NCBI GenBank assembly: GCA_022010015.1
Contig: CP091735.1
Location: 739,004-803,003 of the forward strand
Direction of reading: 5' to 3'
Source: Clostridium sp.
Lineage (GTDB): Bacteria > Bacillota_I > Bacilli_A > Acholeplasmatales > Anaeroplasmataceae
DNA length: 64,000 bases
Shown here: positions 57,101 to 64,000 of the stretch, piece by piece
How the letters are laid out: the number at the start of each line of letters is the position of its first letter
Numbering within the stretch: the stretch's first letter is position 1
Notes under the pieces: generated by a model
What the model was told of the DNA's origin: nothing
What the model saw: only the letters and a program-made list of their open reading frames with translations
Databases searched by the model: none
Position numbers and translations under genes: made by a program

Positions 57101-59164
57101 CGATTGTAATTATACTGGTGACACAGGTGAAATTATAATTGTACACGGTAATGTTATTGATGATGGTGGTTTTGATCCTGAATTTGATTTTTACGGCAAG
57201 TGGAATTACTGAAAAAAACATTTACTATTAAATATAGCTATAATGGAATTGAATATATTGTTCCTTTTAATTTCGTTGCTACAAAAAGCGCCAGCATATA
57301 TCATTTATGATGAATATCACAATTTAATTCTTGGTGAAGCTTTAACTGTTTTGGTATATTATTCTGATGGAAGTAATGAGACTGTTACAGTAACAAGTGG
57401 AATAATTATAAATGGTTCATTTGATAATAATACGCTAGGTAAACAAACATTTACAATTGCTATAGAAGGTCTTACTAAAATAATTACAGTAAATGTACGT
57501 GATCCATATGAGGTATCATATATATATCCAGAAAATGATACCCTAAGCTTAGGCGAATCATTAAAGATTCATGTTGATTATTTGTCTGCTCCAAGTACAA
57601 TTATTGATGCTACATCTAATATGATTGAGGGAGTTTTTAAATTATAATGAGGCTGGAACCTATACTATAAATCTAGTTTATGGTGGAAAAGTTTGGACTG
57701 GAGACATCAGGATAGTCAATCCAAATGATACAAGAATTTTAAGTATTGAGTCTTATACAAATGATACATTGGTATGGGATGTTTTTGGATGGTAAGGTTG
57801 TTGAAAAATATTGATTATCTATATATAAATGTTAAAAAAATATAATAATACTAGTGAATATGTAAAGGTTACAAGTGATATGATTTCCTATGATAAGGAT
57901 ATCGCAAATGGTGCTATAGAAAATGGTGAAACCTTTAGATTACTTATAACATATTATGGCAAGTCTTGCTATATCTATGTTACACCAAATAAGCTTGCAG
58001 ATTGCACGATATATAGTATGCATGTATATGATAAGACTAAGCTTATTTCTGGTATTAGCTATAATATCTTTATGTGTGATGGCAATTTAAGTAATTACTT
58101 CCTTTATGTTTATACTAATAAAGGTTATTATTGTCTACCTGTTACAAAGGATATGTTCTATATGAATGATACACTTGAGGCTTTTGATGTTGATAATGCT
58201 TTAAGTGGTAATGATTATCATGTAATAATTAAATATCTTGATAGTCAAACAAGCGGCTTATATCTTGTTAAATATACAGAGGCTGATATTGAATATTATT
58301 TTAGTTTATATAATTCGTTACGTATTACCGTAGGAACCAAGGAAGAGGTTATGAATCGACTTAAGGGAGCAAGATTTATTCTTAATATGGGGGTTTGTGG
58401 TCATAGCTTATCACTCGATAATTTCTATTTTGAGAATCTTGTTCTTGCTAAATGTGATGATATTGATTTTACAAAGCCAGGATATATTGAGCTAACAGCA
58501 TCATATAAGGGAATTACAGGAACATTTAATGTAACATTAATTCCTAATGTCGAGGGAGTAGAATATTCAACATATAAAATTTCTAATTATGAAACACTTA
58601 AGCTATATAAGAATGGCTATGCTTGCATAAATGATGATATTTGGGGAGATTATACTATCATAGATGATCCTTTGATTCTATATCGTGTTAATATCTTTAC
58701 TTGGTCAGAATATATGTTATTTGTCATAAATGACAATTCAGCAGTTCGATTTAAGGCTTTGATGCTCGAGGATAACCATGAAACATATTCAATGTATACT
58801 ATGGATGGCTTAAACACAGTTAATATTTATACTAGAAATGCCTTTTCACTAGCTGATATTTATGATGAAAATGGTGATTACAATATAACTTATATAGTAA
58901 GCTTCTCTGCTGATGGAAAAAATATATATATGAATGGTGTTGAATACCTAATTGGTGAAAAATAACCTACTTACAATAGTTCAAAGAGGAAATATTGTAT
59001 ATCGTTATTTAGAACAAATGGATGCTGATACATATATAAAAGGAACTCTTAATGATAATGGCTTATTCTATATTTCTATAGTAAATGATGAAGTTAAAGA
59101 AGAAAAATGTTATAGCAGTCTTTACATGGAAAGAGAAGGATGGAATTATTTCAATTTATTCTAA
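54180..59164 (+). CDS. Giant surface lipoprotein (~1650 aa): signal/lipobox, ~17 Cys/His-rich repeats, then beta-rich (Ig-like?) C-terminal half; frameshift-fragmented
   Basis: ..RRRELLTIFLRFFSSFFVIICTFAGC (lipobox Cys at 54261). Track ORFs 54471, 55255, 55859, 56505, 56970, 57243, 57829 and 58952 join across short A/T-run shifts. The start codon is unresolved (ATG 54171 is followed by an in-frame TAA). Confidence 0.6.
54273..56620 (+). repeat. About 17 tandem coding repeats of 141-144 nt (47-48 aa) with conserved H..W...P.TC...G...H.EC..C...FD spacing
   Basis: Repeat-initial His codons at 54396, 54540 and 54822 (2 units apart) give a 141-144 nt period. Example units are listed in the findings. 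Confidence 0.8.
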
Positions 59165-59257
59165 TGGTATGTTAAACATTAAGGGTGTAATAGTTGATGG
59201 CTATCTTGTAATTGATGATTCTCACAAATAAGCTATTATAAAAAAATAATATATTAG

Positions 59258-59292
59258 ATACCTAAGCAGTAAAAACGCTTAGGTATTTTTTA
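59258..59292 (+). terminator. Intrinsic terminator after the giant lipoprotein gene
   Basis: 10-bp stem ATACCTAAGC (59258-59267) / GCTTAGGTAT (59277-59286), then TTTTTT. Confidence 0.85.
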
Positions 59293-59346
59293 TTAAAAGC
59301 CTACTATAAAAATATTAACATATAGTAAACTATTAGTGACGATGAC

Positions 59347-59720
59347 TATGTATTTAAAAAGATATATTGAAAAAGAAATCAAGGATACTTTAGAAATATC
59401 AGTAGTGGTAGTTATTAGCGGACCGAAATTTTGGGAAAAAGATAACAACAAATAAAGTGTTTACTAAAAGTATGTATGCTCTTGATAGAATTAACTCAAG
59501 CTAATTCTGAAGGAATTCTTATTGGTGAAGTACCACAAAATGGTTCATTCATATATTGCAGCATTAAAGAAAAATTTTTTTGTTATTGAAGATATGAAGA
59601 CTTGGAGTCTTAATTTAAGAAGAAAAAAAGGCAATTAGAATATTAGATACTAGATATTTTTATAGATTCATCAATCGCTGCTGCTTTATTATGATTTAAA
59701 CACATTTGGATTTAAATTTG
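59347..59720 (+). pseudogene. Degraded AAA+ ATPase (DUF4143-type) gene, N-terminal and internal pieces
   Basis: MYLKRYIEKEIKDTLEISVVVVISGPKF.. shows a decayed P-loop context. The later ..KIYFIDSSIAAALL..-like piece matches the family. Many stops. Confidence 0.4.
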
Positions 59721-59884
59721 AAAAATTATCTAGTTACATATTTAAAAAAATAGATGGATGTCCTAATTCTAAATTAAAAAAATAAAGGCTAATTATAAAA
59801 TTAACGTACCATTAGAAATAGCATTAAACAAAAAAATGGTGTCATTGAATTTAAAAAAATTTATCAATAACATAAGCTATTTTT

Positions 59885-60493
59885 TTGGAATTTTGTGATA
59901 AAATAATTTCTTGTTTAAATAAGCCAAATGAGCCAGAAGCCAACAAACTAAATGTGAAGCTAGAATCATTACCTGCCAAAGTATTTAATTATAATTGCAA
60001 GGCTTATGAAAAGATGCTAGCATATACATATGTAGAATATGATAATGATAAGGGATTTAATTATAAGCTAAGAACTTTGATAGTTGAGGTAGTAAATAAA
60101 GAAGCTCCTATTTCCTTTTGAAACATTAAAGGATAGAGTAAAGGAAAATTCTAATATTAAAAAGTATGAGTGACAAAGCTAAGAAATGTTTAATTAAAAC
60201 CTTAGAGTCCCTAAATTTACCAACAACCAAGGATCAATATCAAAATGTATATTGGAGTAGAAGGGGAGATAAACAGGTAGAAAGCTTTAGAATTAATAGC
60301 AATAGAGATATATATGATATTCCTAAGGAAGAAATTATATGCGCAATGAAGCAAATAATTTCAATTCAAGGAACACTTAAGTCAGAAGATTTATATAAAA
60401 GAGACCCTTAAAGCTCTTTTGTTATGGTCAATCAGTGTTAAATAAGAGAAATATTGAACGACTTGATTATATTTATAATTTAATAAAACAATA
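59885..60493 (+). pseudogene. C-terminal remnant of a DUF3320-type (large helicase-associated) protein
   Basis: ..AYTYVEYDNDKGFNYKLRTLIVEVVNKEAPISF..LKDRV....VYWSRRGD..ESFRIN..RDIYDIPKEEIICAMKQIIS.. follows the DUF3320 pattern (EgPI..., fyW, R.i..Ip.eEl..A). No upstream helicase domains. Confidence 0.5.
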
Positions 60494-60500
60494 AGAAAAT

Positions 60501-60531
60501 ACGCTCTTTAGACAAAAAAGAGCGTATTTTT
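60501..60531 (+). terminator. Intrinsic terminator
   Basis: 9-bp stem ACGCTCTTT (60501-60509) / AAAGAGCGT (60517-60525), 7-nt loop, then ATTTTT. Confidence 0.8.
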
Positions 60532-60534
60532 AAT

Positions 60535-60720
60535 TTTGAATACAAAAAAACTCGCTTGAAAAAAAGTCACATTTGAATACAAAAAAACTCGCTTGAAAAA
60601 AAGTCACATTTGAATATAAAAAAACTAACTTGAAAAAAAGTCACATTTGAATATAAAAAAACTAACTTGAAAAAAAGTCGCAATATATATTGAAAACTCG
60701 CTTGAAAAAAAGTCTATAAT
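60535..60720 (+). repeat. 4 full + 1 partial tandem direct repeats of 37 bp (TTTGAATA(C/T)AAAAAAACT(CG/AA)CTTGAAAAAAAGTCACA)
   Basis: Copies at 60535-60571, 60572-60608, 60609-60645 and 60646-60682, plus a partial copy to about 60715. Copies 1=2 and 3=4 form two subtypes. There are no spacers. Confidence 0.9.
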
Positions 60721-60751
60721 ATAGTTGTAATTATACTAGAGGTGATGATTT

Positions 60752-62125
60752 ATGTTTAAGAGAAAAAAATTGAAAATGAATTAATTGAATGGAAGGAATC
60801 ATTAAAAAGTTAAAAAAAGAAAGCCTTTGTTTTTAAAAAGGAATGCGTCAAATTGGCAAAAACATTCATCGTAAGAAAATTTGCTGTTGAAAATTATAAG
60901 AATGTTATTTATATTAATTTTTAAAGTTGATTTGAATTTGAAAAAAAGCCTTTGCTGGAGATTTACAAGTTAGAGAAATAATTAGTAATCTTTCAATTTT
61001 AAATCCAAAATTTAAATTTATTCCAAATGAAACAGTTATTATTTTTAGATGAAATTCAAGAATGCTCTGGAGCTAGAGCGTCAATAAAGCCATTTATGGA
61101 AGATGGTAGATTTGATATTATTGCTACTGGTTCTTTATTAGGAATAAAAAGGGTACAATAAAAAAATTATCATGGTGGTGTTGCGGTTGGCTTTTGAACA
61201 TAGTGTGTATATGAACGCTATGGATTTTTGAGGAATTTTTTTATGGGCAAAGGGTATAGATATTGAAACATTAAATTATCTTTATGATTGTTTAAAAAAC
61301 AAAAAAAGAATTAACGATGCTGTTCATATAGCTATGTTGAAATATTTTTAAAGAGTATATATGTGTTGGAGGAATGCCAGCAGTTGTTGATGTTTTTGTT
61401 AAAACTGATGATTATAGATTGGTTCGTAATGAACAAAGAGACATAATTGAGAGTTTTAAGGATGATTTTGCCAAGCATTTAAATGAGAATGAAGAAGAGG
61501 TGATTGATCAATCACTGTTAATGAAAATTAATAGAGTTTTTGATTCAATACCTTCCCAACTTTCCAAAGAAAACAAAAAATTCTTTTATTCAATGCTGGA
61601 GTCAAAAGGAACTAGTAAAAAATATGATCCGGCAATTTGGTGGCTAAAGGAATATGGATTAGTTGAATATTGTCATAATTTAAATACGCTTGAATTGCCA
61701 CTTGAGGGAAATAAAATTGACAATATCTTTTAAATTATATTTAACTGATACAGGGTTATTTATTTCCATGCTTGATGAAAATATTATTAGTGATATTATG
61801 TTTGGAAATATGGGTATTTATAAAGGGGTCATTTATGAGAATATTGTTGCTGATGCTTTAATCAAAAAAATAAACTTCCTTTATATTATTTTTCAAAAGA
61901 CTCAGGACTTGAAATTGATTTTTGTTGAGCGCTATGAGGGAAATATAACTTTGATTGAGGTTAAGGCTAGAAATGGCAACACTAAAAAGTGCAAGAACTA
62001 TTTTTAAATGACAAAAATTAAATATCCAAATGTTAATAATTTAATTAAACTTTGTGATGCTAATATTAGCTTTTTCTGAGAATGTATTAACATTACCGTA
62101 TTATTTGGCATATATTATAAGGTGA
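60752..62125 (+). CDS. AAA+ ATPase with DUF4143-type C-terminal domain (most complete copy; frameshifted)
   Basis: AGAGGTGA RBS. ..VIIFLDEIQECSGARASIKPFMEDGRFDIIATGSLLG.., ..GGMPAVVDVFV.., ..LYLTDTGLFISML.., ..EIDF....LIEVKARNGNTK... Confidence 0.7.
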
Positions 62126-62266
62126 TATTAAAAATTATAATATAATTGAGAATGTAATAATTTAAAAAAATATTGTAGTTGTGGGATTATTTGCTATTTA
62201 ATTATTTATACAATTTATTAATATTTGAAATTAATGGATTTTTTTAAAGTATAATTTTTAAGGTGA

Positions 62267-62527
62267 ATGGAAGTATTAAAATGGATAAGAAAAATTACTA
62301 ATAATGAGATTGCTTATTACATTAATAATGTTAAGGAAGCGTATATATTATTTAATATTGAAGGTGATGATTTAACAGTTACCAAAACCTATGTTGGTGA
62401 TGCCCTAAGAGGGAAAGGAATGGCAAGAATGCTAATGGATGATGTTATGAATTATGCTAAGAATAGGTATAATGTTAAGGCTACCTGCTCATATGCTATT
62501 AAATATTTAGGAAATTTAGAAAAATGA
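62267..62527 (+). CDS. Small GNAT-like acetyltransferase (YjdJ-type)
   Basis: Intact 86-aa ORF. ..VGDALRGKGMARMLMDDVMNYAKNRYNVKATCSYA.. fits the short GNAT-like family. Confidence 0.55.
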   Translation: MEVLKWIRKITNNEIAYYINNVKEAYILFNIEGDDLTVTKTYVGDALRGKGMARMLMDDVMNYAKNRYNVKATCSYAIKYLGNLEK

Positions 62528-64000
62528 AAAAGAATTAAATATCTATTATTTTTTTAGGCCTAATATTTTTTTCTCTTTTTAGCTGTAATATAGATTCAGA
62601 TTTAAATTATTTAAATGGTATTGGCGATAAATATAATGCAGAGGAAACACTTTCCTTTAATAACTATTTTTGCTAATGCTATTGATAGGCCAATTTATAG
62701 TGATAATACATTTATATATAAAGAAAAAGATTTATAAAATAGCTAACAATAAAATTAAATATGTAGGTAAGTTTACTGATACCTCTTATGACAATAATGT
62801 AACAAGCATTGAAGAATTGAAGGCATATAATCTTGGCGATACTATTTATGTTAATGAAACTAGATATGCTTATTTAATTACTAATATTAATAAGGGAGCA
62901 GATATTGAGATATCAAATGATCTATATGCTACACCCTTAATTAATAATGGCGTAGTAAGCTTAAGAGTATTTGGTAAATATGATGATTATTCTATTATTT
63001 TTAAATAATCTATTTAAGAATATTAATGCTTATAATATAAGCAACTTAGAGCTTGATGGTGATTTAATTTGCAAAAATTATATTGATTTTAGTGATATTA
63101 GTGATTTGATTATTTTTAGGCCATAATGCTAAATTAATTGTTGATAATTCTTATCTTGATGATAATTATCATGAATTCTTTTTAATATTTATGCCGCTAG
63201 CAATATTATGATATCAAAGATGTCATTTAATTATCAGATGACAAGAAGTATTAATGGCATTAAAACAATGCTTGGAGTCCATAAAAAGTAAGCATTTAGA
63301 ATTTGTTGATTGTAGCTTTGATATTTCCTCATCAGTACAAAAATAATAGTGAATATACTAATATGGATTTATATACTAATTGGGAAAAATGTAATAATTA
63401 ATAATTGTACATTTAATAATTTATGTGATAGTAAGGCTGGAGGCTCATTATGGATTCGTGATTTTTCATGGTCTTGGTAGTAAGGATTGTAAGGTATTAA
63501 ATTCTCATTTTTTTAAAATTGCTCATGATGAAATGATGGCAGTCTTTATGGGAATTATTTCTGATGTATTAATAAAAAATAATGAATTTCTTGTTCCTGA
63601 TGATGGAATATCATCAAGTGTAATGAATTTTACTCTGGGGACAGGTAGCAATCATAAAAATATCAGCTTTATTGGTAACAATGTTGATGCCTGTTCAACT
63701 GGTGGATTAATTTGGGCTAAGGGAGAAAATGTTATTATTAATGATAATAATTTAAATGTTCATTTAAGCAAAAAAAGGAACAGGAAACTTTAGAGCTATA
63801 GAAGGTAGTATTAATAATATTAAGGAATTTTCTAATAATACAATTAATATTGATTCATTATTAGAAACATATGATTTTCAAGTACACATTTTTACATAAC
63901 ATTGATATTGTTAAAAAAATAATAAGATTAATGTTAATATGAAGGTAACTGATGTTTTTATTAGGAATAGATGAAGTAGAGGGAAATGAAATTAATCTTT
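62524..64000 (+). CDS. Lipoprotein with right-handed beta-helix-like repeats (frameshifted), continues past window end
   Basis: MKKN.ISIIFLGLIFFSLFSCNIDS is a signal peptide with lipobox. Later ..NNEFLVPDDG..ISFIGNNVDACSTGGLIWAKGENVIINDNNLNV.. is typical of parallel beta-helix repeats. Confidence 0.45.

Noticed and set aside
60535-60720. A CRISPR array
   Set aside because: The 37-bp units are directly abutting, with no unique spacers. They are A-rich and non-palindromic, and no cas genes occur in the window.

Overview
This window is AT-rich (roughly high-20s % G+C by eye). It looks like a low-GC Bacillota-type chromosome: mfd-spoVT synteny, Shine-Dalgarno RBSs, and the standard code with Trp = TGG. 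The ORF track is badly fragmented. Nearly every long gene is broken by +/-1 frameshifts at A/T homopolymers. I therefore report reconstructed genes, and ends can be off by about 30 nt where frames had to be joined by eye.

Layout:
- 1-15.4 kb is ordinary cargo: S1 protease, two paralogous XRE-HTH/TPR regulators, mfd, spoVT, MATE efflux, M42 peptidase, an SGNH lipoprotein and a GNAT.
- 15.4-17.7 kb holds a WYL-domain gene pair. It is divergent from a ~1.2 kb ORF-free, G+C-enriched transcription unit that folds into two tandem, paralogous, helix-closed RNA domains of about 600 and 520 nt. This is the most striking feature of the window.
- 19.5-25.7 kb is a gene graveyard: IS3 remnant, truncated AAA/DUF4143, ABC, aldo-keto reductase and ADP-ribosylglycohydrolase fragments, surrounding feoAB.
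- 25.8-51.7 kb is a defence island:
  - macro-domain protein, PLD-helicase-DUF3427 and NUDIX;
  - a PLD/SF2 helicase and a second SMC-like ATPase upstream of dndBCDE plus a dndA-type desulfurase (DNA phosphorothioation);
  - IS21 IstB and Sau3AI/MutH remnants, and an AbiH-like gene;
  - a cluster of CN-hydrolase-like, wHTH and SecB-like genes;
  - a ~1100-aa YobI/KAP P-loop NTPase.
- 52.0-53.8 kb is a compositionally foreign island (mid-40s % G+C) encoding one lipoprotein.
- 54.2-59.2 kb encodes a giant lipoprotein with about 17 tandem Cys/His repeats.
- 59.3-64 kb has further ATPase remnants, a 37-bp tandem repeat array, GNAT-like genes and a beta-helix lipoprotein.

I saw no rRNA, tRNA, CRISPR array or phage structural genes.
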